From positions 1,550,001-1,614,000 of the forward strand of contig OX337240.1 of the NCBI GenBank assembly GCA_946965045.2: a stretch of DNA of 64,000 nt, written 5' to 3'. This document shows positions 13,053 through 24,940 of this stretch, piece after piece (position 1 is the stretch's first letter; every line of letters begins with the position of its first letter). The translations under genes and the position numbers were made by a program. The stretch comes from Epithemia pelagica. Lineage: Eukaryota; Protista; Bacillariophyta. The notes under the pieces are model-generated. The model had not been told where the DNA came from, ran no database searches, and saw nothing but the letters and a program-made list of their open reading frames with translations.

Positions 13053-13636
13053 GATTTATGAGCAAGTCCTTGTGGGATATGAGACTACCACCAGCACGAC
13101 AGGGGCAAGGGCAACAAGTAAAGGAGTCGAAGATGGAGGGTTCGAGTCTTTGTTCTTTGTATCACCATGTTTTTTGTTTTATGATTAATTTGTCCAGGGC
13201 ATCACACGTTGTCGTCGGTTGTCCTCTGCCCTGGTTGCAATCTCACGTTTTGAGGTTTGACTTGCCAGACAGAGCGAAACTTAGGCCAATCCTTTAGCTC
13301 AACAAAACCAATCCGAGCGGGGCCGGGCCGGATTTGGTTTTGAAAATAGTGTAAAACGCCATCCTTACGCATTCGCAAAACAAATCCAAAAGACCGCGCC
13401 TTTTCGAATCCTGTCCACCATCCCTGCCTGCGTTCCCCCAAAATGACTTCCTTCCTTTCAATACTAAAAATATTTGAGCGTAGGACGTGCGTCTTTGGTT
13501 CACTAATTGCAATTCAATTTCAAATATCCCGTGTATGCGGTTTATCATCCTGTTATCATCCTGTTATCGTCCTGTATTGTCTCCTCCTCTCGTCTTTGTA
13601 TCGTTTTCATCTCATAATTCGAAAGGATAGTTCATC

Positions 13637-15079
13637 ATGCCGCCGTCATCTGCTAATTCGTCTCCCAAGGGGTACCTAGTCAAGGAGTTTCAAAGCATTA
13701 TTGCGTGGGTCATTTTGAACCATATTAATGTGAAAAACTCAATGAAGGCCAAAGCCATGGAATGTCGGTTCCATAATCTATTTCATGGTGTTTCTTCTGA
13801 CCCCAAGAATATTCCCTTTGTGAAACAGTGTGCCCAAGGTTTGAGTGTCTTCAAACATCTCGTAATTCCTGCCCCCACTGACCAACAACGTTTAACCAAA
13901 AGTCCTCCCGGGCCTTTGCAACTTCAGATTCGACCTGAACTCATTCCAGGGGCAACTGAACCCATGTATATTGGGTTGGGACCGTCCGCAGATATTCGCC
14001 TGGTACATTTGGAAGCCGCAAACGTTACTCATCTTGGTACGGAGAGAAATGCCCTTATTTCGGGTCGGACCTTGCTCCGGATGGCGAAACAAGTTTCAGC
14101 TGTGTTGAAGAAAGTACATCCTATTGTAATGGAGTGCTTGGGACCTGATGGTGAGTTCCCTTCTGGAACCAATCAAGACGACCTGTTCAAGGAGCTTATT
14201 AAGAAATTAATGAATAGGAAGAGCAAGGGACTTTTTGTCGAAGGTACTCCAGAAGATGAAGCTCCATCGTCGAATCAAGAGACTTCAGATCCAACTGTCG
14301 CAACCTTGACACAAGGTACCCAGGCAGTTGCTTCTGCTATTCAGAAAAATACAAAGGACAAGTGGACATACAAGTATATCCCCATTGCGGGTTGGTTCGC
14401 TATTGCGCTCTTCTGCCAAAACGGCATTGCCCGTAAATCAGTTGAGGATTTACTGCCGCTCCTCAAGTTCAAAGATTATGAAGGAAATGAGAAAAAGAAG
14501 CACTCGAGGTCTGCGGCAAGAAAGGAAGAAGCAGCAAGCAAGGCCCGTTCCAGAGGTGGTTGGAAACGCGTCGACTTGGCCTTGGGCGGAGTCAACACAC
14601 GAGATCATCTTCTTGCTTCAATTGTGGGTTTGCTTGCGGATTCCAATTCCGCAAATCAAGAAATGGACTCCCTTGCCAGACAGAAAGATCGGTATCGCTT
14701 CCTGCAACAATCGATCAAAGGTCTTCAGTGGCGGATTGACCATTCAGTTCAGTTGGATGAGGACTGCAGTAGATTGATTCAAGAGTTGGGCGACAAAATG
14801 AAGGAAGCGGAAGAAGTTCGGCTTGGAATGAATAAGATAATGGACCAACAAGACAAGGATGATCGTTCCGCCATGAAGGATACCAACGAGCGCGCACGAA
14901 AAGTCGCCAAACTTGTCGACGACTCGTTACAGGCCGACTCTGACAAACCTGCAACGGTAACCATTGATTGCAGCAAATCTCTAGGCTCAGAATCACAAGA
15001 CGAGACAACAAAGTCAACGGACAAGGATGATTGCTCTACAAATGGTAACACATCGCAGGTAGAGAGCCACCCTGTCTGA
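13637..15079 (+). CDS. Harbinger accessory ORF (putative DNA-binding partner, coiled-coil C-terminus)
   Basis: 480-aa uninterrupted ORF inside the TIRs, convergent with the transposase. Function inferred from PIF/Harbinger two-gene architecture; no Myb/SANT motif seen. Confidence 0.75.
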   Translation: MPPSSANSSPKGYLVKEFQSIIAWVILNHINVKNSMKAKAMECRFHNLFHGVSSDPKNIPFVKQCAQGLSVFKHLVIPAPTDQQRLTKSPPGPLQLQIRPELIPGATEPMYIGLGPSADIRLVHLEAANVTHLGTERNALISGRTLLRMAKQVSAVLKKVHPIVMECLGPDGEFPSGTNQDDLFKELIKKLMNRKSKGLFVEGTPEDEAPSSNQETSDPTVATLTQGTQAVASAIQKNTKDKWTYKYIPIAGWFAIALFCQNGIARKSVEDLLPLLKFKDYEGNEKKKHSRSAARKEEAASKARSRGGWKRVDLALGGVNTRDHLLASIVGLLADSNSANQEMDSLARQKDRYRFLQQSIKGLQWRIDHSVQLDEDCSRLIQELGDKMKEAEEVRLGMNKIMDQQDKDDRSAMKDTNERARKVAKLVDDSLQADSDKPATVTIDCSKSLGSESQDETTKSTDKDDCSTNGNTSQVESHPV

Positions 15080-15189
15080 AAGATGTGGAAGTATCTGACA
15101 AGAAAGCTTTCAATCGATACTTGAGAGTCATTGCAAGACGAAAGCCCTTGATACTTGGCTACATGGTAGCAATTGCATGATGAGAGTCC

Positions 15190-15365
15190 TTGTTGCATGG
15201 AGAGATTTTACATGGAAAGCGTTTGCATCTTTGTTGCATGGAGAGATTTTACATGGAAAGCGTTTGCATCTTTGTTACATGGAGAGATTTTACATGGAAA
15301 GCGTTTGCATCTTTGGAGTTTGCTGTTGTTACATGGAGAGATTTTACATCGAGAGCATTTGCATG
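15190..15365. repeat. 41-bp tandem repeat, about 4 copies
   Basis: Unit TTGTTGCATGGAGAGATTTTACATGGAAAGCGTTTGCATCT at 15190, 15231 and 15272, plus a degenerate fourth copy. Confidence 0.9.
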
Positions 15366-15502
15366 ACATGAATTGGCAGAGACATGGAATGACATAATTT
15401 TGCAGGACAACAAGTACAAGATAACATGCATAGTCATTCATTACGTCTTTACATTAATTCATATAACGAGATTAATTTGTACTACCAGGTTGTATTCCAT
15501 TT

Positions 15503-17128
15503 CTAGTTGAATGATGGCCACTGAATTGCGTTACTCTGTGCCATTAATTCAAAGTTCTCGATCAACTTCTGGCGGAACAAACGCATTGACAACAGCCGAA
15601 CAGAAATAACACCGGATTCATCACGTGCATTGTCCAATTGCTCTTCGTCAGTCATGTGGTTGCATTCATCGTCCGAATCCAAGTCAGCTTCGGCCATTTC
15701 CTCATCCGAAATTCTGTCATCACCTCGTCCCATATTGGAGGTGTCGTATCCACGTATGGCCCCAGGATCCATGAGGCGCTGAACAGCGAATGGCACTGCA
15801 GTCTCAATATCGTCATCATCGAAATCACCCAAAGGTGTCCGCCACTCCTCGGACTCATCCAGACCGTCGTATTCCAGTAACATGTTGTGCAAAGCACAAC
15901 ACGTCATCCATACACGGTCAATCGCTTCTATGCCATGGAGTCGCACACCTGACTTCAAAATGCGGAAGCGACCTTTTAGGATGCCGAATGTACATTCTAC
16001 ATCTTTGCGCAATGATTCAACCCACTCGCTGAACCGCAATTCAGCTAACGACGGTGTAGTCTTCATGGGTGGAATGGTGCAAGACCAATCCAAATACCCG
16101 TTGTCAACAAGTAACCAAGCTCCCTTGTATCGGACATTGTTTATTCGTCCGTCCTGTCCCCGTTCTTTCAATGTAAATTGTAGATTGTCCAATTCTACTG
16201 ATTTTCCATAGCGCAGAGTGGTTGCAAGCTCGTCGTAGCGAACTAGTGTCTTATCATTCCATCGTGCGGGGTGCCCATTCGTTGTACTCAAAATACGATG
16301 GCGATTCGTTACTGCGATGTTGTACGTTCGTGCAGTGGATGACTGCTTGAATCCAGTGTGTTCTTGTTTCATATCGTTGCAAATTCTTTCGCCCACAATA
16401 TTGGTGGCATCCATCGATCCCATACATCCCATCATGCCCGCATTTTCGTAGTCCGAAGATCTGGCATCACTGGCGGTTTGGGGAATTGCTACATACATTT
16501 TGAAGAGGATAGTGCTTCCAAACTCAATGTAGCGATGAAAAAAACAACGGTGAACTTCACCACATATTCCTGTACACTCCTCCAAGTCATCAAATGTCCA
16601 ACCCCTGCCCAAATATCGCAGTGCACCTAAAACCAGTAGTTCAATGGGCGATTTGTCCGCAATTTCTTGCTGGAAAGTTTCCCCAGCACCTTCTCTCCAA
16701 CGGGCAAAAAAGGGAAGATGGGTGTCGTCGTTAACAACGGACAAATGTTGGAGGAACGCAGCGAATGGCAGTCGAAACCTCAAACGAAACTTGTTGAGAA
16801 ATTTGGGATCGTCGGGACGAGGGTGGACAATGTAGGTGAGGTACCAGGGGGACATCGTCGCAGTCATGGCTACCACATTGCCATTTTCGTCCCGTACAAA
16901 CATCTTCGCATTTGCATCGCGATTCCGTGGAATCGATCCACCCGATGGTTGCGCAAGGAAATTGTCAACGTCGGTGGAGACTTGAGAATCATCGTTGCAA
17001 ATGATCGCAGTAGCCGCAGCAACAATATGGGCTTGTTGAGATGCGATCCGACGCCTCTTATCAATCCAGTCTTCCTCATCAGCATAACAATCTTCATTGT
17101 CAGAATCCGCCATGGTGGACATATACAA
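15503..17128 (-). CDS. PIF/Harbinger DDE transposase (DDE_Tnp_4/HARBI1-like)
   Basis: 541-aa ORF with GSMDATN (D), LLVDNGY (D), RKDVECTFGILKGRFRIL (E) and CCALHNML. Confidence 0.93.
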   Translation of the reverse strand: MYMSTMADSDNEDCYADEEDWIDKRRRIASQQAHIVAAATAIICNDDSQVSTDVDNFLAQPSGGSIPRNRDANAKMFVRDENGNVVAMTATMSPWYLTYIVHPRPDDPKFLNKFRLRFRLPFAAFLQHLSVVNDDTHLPFFARWREGAGETFQQEIADKSPIELLVLGALRYLGRGWTFDDLEECTGICGEVHRCFFHRYIEFGSTILFKMYVAIPQTASDARSSDYENAGMMGCMGSMDATNIVGERICNDMKQEHTGFKQSSTARTYNIAVTNRHRILSTTNGHPARWNDKTLVRYDELATTLRYGKSVELDNLQFTLKERGQDGRINNVRYKGAWLLVDNGYLDWSCTIPPMKTTPSLAELRFSEWVESLRKDVECTFGILKGRFRILKSGVRLHGIEAIDRVWMTCCALHNMLLEYDGLDESEEWRTPLGDFDDDDIETAVPFAVQRLMDPGAIRGYDTSNMGRGDDRISDEEMAEADLDSDDECNHMTDEEQLDNARDESGVISVRLLSMRLFRQKLIENFELMAQSNAIQWPSFN

Positions 17129-17380
17129 AAGACAAAAGGGACTAATACCTAGGTAAGTGGAAAGGCAGGACGAAAAAGTGAGGCCAAAAAGGGCGCGAAA
17201 GCTCTATCCCTAATGAATTTCCACGATTTGTTCGAACAAATCGTGAGTTCTGGATTTGTTCGAACAAATCGTGAAATGCTCTTTTACCCGGATATATGAC
17301 GTAAACGTGACGCAAAATGCTGACGTGCACGCAATCTCGATTTGGATTTGCGAGCTAAAGGATTGGCCTTATTGAATTCG

Positions 17381-18294
17381 TAGAGCTGGGTCGAGCGTCA
17401 AGCGCTCAAGCGCTCAAGCGCTTGACCTCTCAAGCGCTTGAGGAGCTCCAGCGCAGAAAGGGTGTTGCTTGAGAGCTCAAGCGCTCAAGCACCCGGACTA
17501 CCAGAAAGTCCCTAAACGTAGCAAAAACCCTCATTCATCTGCCCTTCACACCTTTCCAAAATGCCCGAGAACTCCAGTGATGATGAGAATGAGTCATCAT
17601 ACCATCAATATGATGATAATGATGAGCAAGTGTCCGAAGAGGAACTAATAGCAGGAAGTTCCTTTTCCAACCAAGAGGGCAAGGACAGAAGTGGAGTTTG
17701 AAGTCAGTGACACGCTGGGAGAAATGATGGATGACGAAGAGGATGACAATGGAGACTCCAGGAAGATTTATAGTGGAGGGGTATCCTATGCTACCATCTG
17801 CCATCTTGAAATTGACAAGTTCCGTACAACGGCAGGACTTAAAATGTACTACGTGAACAAGGCTGGGACGAAAGTTGCACAAGATCCTTTGCTCTCTTGG
17901 TGGAAAGGAAAGGCAAGTGAGTTTCCCAATATTTGGTGACTTGCTCTTAAGTATCTTGCCATGCCGGCAACAGCAGCCTCCTCTGAACCGGCATTCAGTA
18001 TTGCTGGTCTGATAATCACGCCAAAACAATCATACTTTGATCCTTCAACAGTTTCTGATCTCCACTTTTTGCGTGAGAACTGGGGAAGTATCTTCTAACA
18101 GAGTTTCCATTGCATATCAGTTACATAATAAGAGTAGTTACCATTTCACTAGAGGTATTGCAATGAGTCTATTGCCATAGTTTCCCGTGTTAGCCCTGTT
18201 CGCTGCCGCTTGAGCGCTTGAATTTGGTCCTAGCTCAAGCGCTCAAGCGCTTGAGTTCTCCAGCAGAAAAAAGCTGTTGCTTGACCCAGCTCTA
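17381..18294 (+). mobile_element. Non-autonomous hAT element, copy 1 (914 bp)
   Basis: TIR TAGAGCTGGGTC(G/A)AGC; 8-bp TSD TGAATTCG at 17373-17380 and 18295-18302; subterminal CTCAAGCG/CGCTTGAG arrays. Confidence 0.93.
17691..18098 (+). pseudogene. hAT transposase C-terminal dimerisation-domain remnant
   Basis: PLLSWWKGKASEFPNIW*LALKYLAMPATAASSEPAFSIAG...LHFLRENW matches the hAT dimerisation motif; in-frame TGA at 17937-17939. Confidence 0.85.
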
Positions 18295-18602
18295 TGAATT
18301 CGCAATTCGGAATCCGGCCCTTCGTTTTAACAGCAATCGGGAGAAGTTCAATGACATTTCTTATCAGCCATGTATCGGAGAAGGCTCTGTATCGGTGACA
18401 ACCTATAAACCGTACGTACGTCGTCCGCACAGTCTCCCCCATAAAATCTCCCAAAAGCAAATCGTCATGTTGAATGGCCGGCGTGCAAGTGACAGTTGAA
18501 GGTTGGCGGGCGTCCTCTGATCAACACGATTCAAATTCCAGACGCTCGAGAGCGACAGCTCATAAAAACCATGCGAGCAAAATCTTAACGCCAATCGTAA
18601 TC

Positions 18603-18652
18603 GAGTAGCGCATAGCTGTCTCCCATATATGGGAGACAGCTATGCGCTACTC
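18603..18652. repeat. Perfect 50-bp palindrome inside the left end of piggyBac A1
   Basis: GAGTAGCGCATAGCTGTCTCCCATA|TATGGGAGACAGCTATGCGCTACTC, checked base by base; repeated at 28225-28274. Confidence 0.97.
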
Positions 18653-18953
18653 CCTTAACTTTCACTTCAAATAACTTCATCAAAATCCATTTTCATCCAA
18701 ATCTAACTTCATCATTCGATAGATCTTACAATTCTGAACAACTTCATATATGATACTCTACAGTAGAAATGAAGTCATAATGGCGATATTTCGCTTTGAA
18801 AAATTGGCGGTTTCCCTCATTTTTGTCCATTTTCAGTTTCCTTCGCCCGAAGCCCAACTTGGTGCCCTTATATGTTCGGTCTCTCTGAACTGATCGTTGC
18901 AGGACTCTCCATTCTGGAAGTCTATATAGTGAAGAAGACTTGGACGCAAGGAA

Positions 18954-21900
18954 ATGTCGTCTCAACCTTTTCCCACGACCATGAGTCGACACCACCCGAT
19001 TTATCGCAACCGCTCATCGATCAAGACGCAGACCAACCCGTCGTAGCTCAAGCCAGTGACACTCAAACCGCAGCACCTCCAGTCGACAATTCAACAGCCG
19101 GAGAGCCTAATGCCCCGATGGAGCTCCCACCGGAGCTAGAGAGTCTTGTCGCACATTTGCCTGGACGACGACAATCTTCCCGCCCGAGATCAAGATTTTC
19201 ATACGCTAAGCGGAGTTTCGTTGCGATGGACGACTTCTGGATCCATGAAAATTTCAGGGAAGATTTCCGTCGTCGGTTTCGACCCAATCCTACGGACCGT
19301 CACATTCATCTTGTCGGAAAAATTGTGGAATGTCCCTCGAAGAAGAATGACAATATATATGCGATTGTCTGGGACAAACGCAGTATTTCGAGTTTGAACA
19401 TTCCCGACAATTGGATCAAGACACAGTTCACCTCGTCGAAAGCAGTCAAAGCCAAACTTTGTCACTTCATCAAAGTCTACAATCCCGCCAATCTGCCATT
19501 TCAACCATCACAATCGACCCAACCATCCCAATCCCAACAGTTGCAACCAACAGGTCAGTCGGCTTCACAACAAACAAACAACACCTCCACGACAGCATCT
19601 CAACAGAACAATCACACTCAAGACGACAACAATCCTACCAACAACAGCACTGTAGACGACAACAATCCTACCAACAACAGGAATGCACAAGAACCTCCTC
19701 AACCTCCTTCCACAGCAGAGCGTGCACGCCGCCGAGCCGCCATTAGGAATGTACCAGATGCGTCTTTGAGGCGATCTCCTCGTCGTCATTCGACTTCTAC
19801 ATCGAACATGCCATCGACTCAAGAGCGTGCACAGGGTCGTGCTGCACTCATGACTGCACCAGAAGGAGTGCTATCTCCAAGTACTCAAGGAGGTACTCCA
19901 ACTAACGAAGTTGCAACTCGTCTCTTCGGAAGTGCTAGTACTGGTGGCTCCTCCAGGACGACACGACAGCAGCGGGTAAATAACAACAACAATTCCACCG
20001 AGGCCTCCGACGACGAAACAAATAATGACAACTCTTCATCAGACGAAGATGAATCTGGTGGCTATGATTTAGATGTAAACAAAACTGTCCACAGGGATAG
20101 CGATCCATTGTTGGAATACAATGACAGTGACGACGAGGATAACCCTGACGAAGAGAATGCTTCCTCAGGATCGGACAACGAAGATCCCAACAATTCAACA
20201 AATTTGAAGGTGTTGATCGATAATTTACACTTCCACTTCAAGGAAGTTGATTCGTCTGATAATGCTTTCTCATGGGTTGGGCAGGAGCGCAACAACAGAT
20301 CGATGTTTCGTGGTGGCGACGGTCTAAAAGTGGGGATTGCAGATGTATTTCATACTCCCTTTGACTGTCTTCGAGTTGTTGGAGGATTGTCTAAATCCAT
20401 CATTTCGGACATGGCTGCGGCAACGAATCAATATTTCCGCAACAAAATCCGTCCAAACCTAATGGGACGACGAGGATATTTTCATTCTCAGAAATGGAGA
20501 GACGTGACAATGCAAGAAATGACTCGGTTTCTTGGTATCATCTTGATGATGTCCTTGAGACCCGTTGATGGTGGTGGTTACGCAGCTTACTTTTCCAACT
20601 CCAACATGATGTACAGCCTGGGAACTGCAATTCCAACAATGGAAATTGCAGATAGTGCTGGTTGGGCATCGAAATACATGCGCCTTGCTCGATTCCGACA
20701 AATCAGAGGAGCATTCCACCCCGAATTGAAAGAAGCTGGACGGGGAGGTGACAAATGTTACCAACTGCGAAGACTCATCCAGGCTGTAAATTCTGCGTCA
20801 AGACGATCTTTCAAAATTCCACAAGATTTGGCATTCGACGAAGGAGGTATTGGATGCCGTTCGAGGTACTGCCCGGTCAGGCAGTACAACAAGGATAAAC
20901 CAGCCAAGTTCCGCGTTGATTTCTTCATCCTGGCTTCGTCCACTAGCTATGCAATCTTGCATTTGGACGTATATCAGGGAAAGAATGCTACTAATTCATA
21001 CATCCGACACGAGGCACAACGTCTTCCTACAACAATGAAGGCTGTTGTGAATGCGTGTTACGCGCTGGAATTGAACAAGGAAACCCGTGGATTCCGCCAC
21101 TTATCCATGGATAATAGGTATGCCGCTCCACAACTCCTGGTGATTTTGCGAGATCGACTGAAAGTCCTTGCTACTGGTACTGTTCGTGTGAACCGTGTTG
21201 GATGGAACAAGGTTCTCATGGATTTGAAAAAAAACAAAGACCAATCGTGGAACGATGAAACTGGGACATGATGAAGTGAACGGAATCCTAATCGGGCAAT
21301 GGGTAGACTCTAAGGTGGTTAATTTTGTTTCAAGTTACGAGAATGTTGGGACAGGGCAACTACAACGCCAAGTTGGTCAAACGAAGAAAGACTTCAGGTG
21401 CCCCCAAGCATTGATACGATACCAAGACAACATGGGGGGGATTGACCGTGGCGACCAAATGCGGTCACAAATGGGCGGATTTGCCACACATGGCCATTTC
21501 AAGAAATGGTATAAAAAACTGCCCTCGGTATCATGGATATTATGTTGCTCAATGCTCTCATAGCCTGGAACATGTCCGCTGGGGATAGAATTCGTTCAAG
21601 GCGTACAAAGCTTTCAAGACATGCTTTCTACACGTGTGTCGCACAAGCTATGTGCAGTTACGAAGATACAGAAGAGGTTGATGCCTTGGCGCGGCGGACC
21701 CAACAACCTTCACAACCAAGTTGTGAAGATGGACACTTTCCAATCCCTTCGGAGGGCAACAAACGGTTGGCGTGTGCTGTTTGCTTGTTGGAGCACCGTT
21801 GGAAGAAGAAAACATTGGGGATGAAAGGATTGTACTCGAATGTCGGTCAATGTGCCAAATGTGGAATTGTCACACATTTGGTGAATTCCACAGATGAAAG

Positions 21901-22192
21901 AGAGGATGGTTGGAAGATTCATTAGCTACCACAATTCGCAGGTAATACCTGTTTCGAGATTCTGCACTCAATTCAAGGCAGGGAGATATTCATGTGCCGT
22001 CCGGCTGATGGAGGGGACAGCAGATATAAGTACACAACAAAGAAAAATCACCCTCTTGTATTGGATTTGAGAGAGAAACATGGTCTGCCGCCAGAGTTCA
22101 CAAGAAAGAGAAGACGGATTGAAGCCTCGGCCCCTACGGAAGAAGACAACGAGAGTGAGAATGAAAGTGGTGAGGAAATCCATGAATTGTAG
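18954..22192 (+). pseudogene. piggyBac-like transposase (DDE_Tnp_1_7-like), disrupted
   Basis: Motifs FDEGG, MDNRY, MGGIDRGD and a Cys-rich C-terminus. Lesions against families A2/B: 10-bp deletion near 18975, +1 in A8 (21227-21234), -1 in A6 (21513-21518), AAG>TAG at 21923-21925. Confidence 0.9.
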
Positions 22193-24899
22193 AAGCAGCA
22201 TTATATAAGAGACATAGTAAACACAGACGACACAGACTCACCTTGGACAGGTCATTCATAGGTTACTTGTGCCATTGTTGACATGGATCGATGATCTTGG
22301 CTGTGTTGAATGACACAAAAATGAGACCTGCGTTTTAAGGTTAAAACAGCCTCTGTTAAGGCGCTCGCATGGGAGACAGCAAATTCGAGCATCTGGCTGA
22401 CTCCCATAAAATTTATGGGACACAGCTATTTGATACTCCGATAAGCTTAAAACCCGTTCTTTACGATTGGCGTTAAGGGCCCTATCACGGTACCGGTAAG
22501 ACCATCGGCCATGGCACATGAACCGCGGACGAATCATTGTAGACTGTAGACAGAGCGCGTCTTTCCTTCAGTTGTTGTTTGTGCCTTATGTTTCTTCTTA
22601 GGATTGATAGATTGGTAGTGTTTTCGCCCATTTTCTGATTGTAGGGCTTGTCACATCCATGGTTCGAGTTGTCTTCTTGGTTGGGGACGATTTGGTTTCT
22701 TACTCTTACGAGTAGGAGTAGTACTACATCATGAGGCTGATTGTCACCACTTTCTTTCTAGGCTAATGGTCGCTGAGACAAATTCTTAGTGTTTGCTATA
22801 TCTTCTTCAAGGTGAAGACGAGGAGAAGGAGAAGAATAAAGACAAGAGAATCCCTGGTCAAGCAGGACACCACCATTGACCTTCATATTTACCCCTATGA
22901 TAAAATATAGAACAGGAATTCTACCTAGACTAGTATCAGAGTAAAAGGGCTACAAATGAATCAATCATAAAGACTACAAGCAAAATTGGACTGGTGAAAA
23001 GTGAGACGTCGCAACGAGTCCAGAAAATGGGGCTCAAGGGGTGTATGCGAACAAAAACAACAGGGAGGGACTATTGAGATGCTTGTCCTTAGCCCAATCG
23101 CAGCACTGTCTTTCTTGACGTACCTGGGTAGCATGGAAGCTGAAAAATCATGCCATTGCAAGAATTGCCATGGACATGGCCGCTGTACTGGAGGTTTGTT
23201 TGTTTTATGAGTGTCGTGCACCAACACCAACCACCAACGGCAACCGTCATGCACGCTGGGCCGTTCAAACTGATTTGAAATGTGACAAGGAAATGCCGGC
23301 GTGTCCTTTCTGATTTTTTATGGAAAATAGGATATGAATCGAGAAAAAAATCTCCATTGGGGGGACAGTTTGCGGACGACGTACATACGACTAATAGGTG
23401 GTCACCTATACCGAGGGAATTCAAAATTCAAAAGTACTCGTAGAAATCTGGGCGGGTGTATAACTTCTGTCATCCATCCGACATTTTTCTTTTTTCATTT
23501 TAGTTTTAACTTGAAATTATAACTCAGTTTTTTCTCTAAAAGCAGTAATTATAACGTCCATAGCAACTGTCATAACTGGCTTCGCGCGCTTCGCCCTGGC
23601 TTTGGCTTGATACGGAGCACAACGCGAAGAAATCCCACACAGAGATGAACAGTGAACACACACGTGAAACAGAAAAAAACATGCACAAACACAAGACAAG
23701 TGGCAATGGCCCACAACAAGGAAAGCTCTTAGTACATTGACTGCAACTAAAATACAAGCATAGTCAACTCTATATGTATCTAGGTACTCCTCCTATTTGT
23801 TTAGGCTTCCTGGCCCTATCCATTGTATTGTGTCCTTCCTTAGACTCTGATGTCGTCCACACACTGGTTGATTGTCATCTTGTCATTTTTCATCCTTCTT
23901 CTCATTCGGTTGATTGCCGCGTTTACTGATGATCCAGGGGGTAGATCTTGACAGTAGTATTCATGCTATGGTCATTCATTTTGCTGGATTGTTCAATTTT
24001 GTTGCAGCCCCATTGTCATTTCTTGTGGTTCGTCGAAAAGTGAGAAGTGAGACAATTCATGGCTCAAAATACGAGGCGAGGCCGGCGTTCAGATTTCAAC
24101 GATCGAAGGCAGGCTGACGATTTGACATGGCAGGCGCTTTGGAAAAAAACAAGAGGCCAAAGTTGGGCAACGCACGAAGGACAGAAAATATACACCTCTT
24201 GAATCGTTCCCTATTGTTGACCTCCGGGTGACCGGTTCTTACTTGAATTTTGAATTTTGGGATGCCATTCTCCATTCTCTGTTCTCTGTACACTTTCTAC
24301 GAATACAAATTGAAAATTGACTATCCGTAATCCGTAACCACAACCAGCGCAACCATCCAACGCAACAACCAACAACCAACCACCAACCACCATGAACCAT
24401 AAACCATAACCATACCGAAAACCCACCCTCCTTGTCCTTGCCCTTACCCCTTTGCTGGTTACGAATTGTACGAGGGACGAGGGACGAGGGACGAGGGGGT
24501 ATATTATATGCATATCGTCAGTAGTTATCATTATTAGTATTTTAGGTATTTCACACTATCCGTTTACTGTTTGCACAAGTTCCAAGTTCCTGCCTAGTAC
24601 TATGACCTATGACTCGAGACTCGAGCAGAGAGCAACCTAGTGAGAAGTGAGAGAGAGACCTTTTTCAACTTTTAGCCCAGCTTGTAGAGATTTAGACGTT
24701 CTTGAACAAAAATTCATCACACGTCATAAGTCATAAGGTGATGATTTTCTTGGAGATGTTGTTCAACACAACATCACATCATCATAATTCATAATTCATA
24801 ATGGATTGGCTATTGGCTCATTGATCTGGGATTAAGGATTAGGTTGGAGTATTGGAGATTGGAGTAGGTAGTTCGCTTCGGCTCCAAGAAGAACTCTGG

Positions 24900-24940
24900 C
24901 TCTGATCTCTGATCTCTGATCTCTGATCTCTGATCTCTGA
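24900..24940. repeat. (TCTCTGA)6 microsatellite
   Basis: Read directly; duplicated at 34525-34565. Confidence 0.9.

Larger units (their letters stand above)
13284..17368. mobile_element. PIF/Harbinger DNA transposon, apparently intact
   Basis: Perfect 17-bp TIR GGCCAATCCTTTAGCTC (imperfect to ~34 bp); TTA TSD at 13281-13283 and 17369-17371; single TTA empty site at 26980-26982; two convergent ORFs. Confidence 0.96.
18589..22472 (+). mobile_element. piggyBac-like element, family A, copy 1 (defective)
   Basis: TTAA at 18585-18588 and 22473-22476; 12-bp TIR CGCCAATCGTAA; transposase remnant inside. Confidence 0.93.
18385..23415. mobile_element. Unclassified non-autonomous TIR element interrupted by piggyBac-like A1
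   Basis: ~58-bp imperfect inverted repeat (CTCTGTATCGGTGACAACCTAT... vs reverse complement CTCGGTATAGGTGACCACCTAT...) plus a second ~28-bp inverted block. No convincing TSD (only GG). Confidence 0.55.

Noticed and set aside
15190-15365. CRISPR-like array
   Set aside because: Units are head-to-tail with no unique spacers, there are no cas genes, and the context is eukaryotic.
21227-21518. Programmed ribosomal frameshifting in the piggyBac A transposase
   Set aside because: The first site needs +1, not -1; family B is in frame at both sites; and A also carries a substitution nonsense codon, so decay or homopolymer error is simpler.
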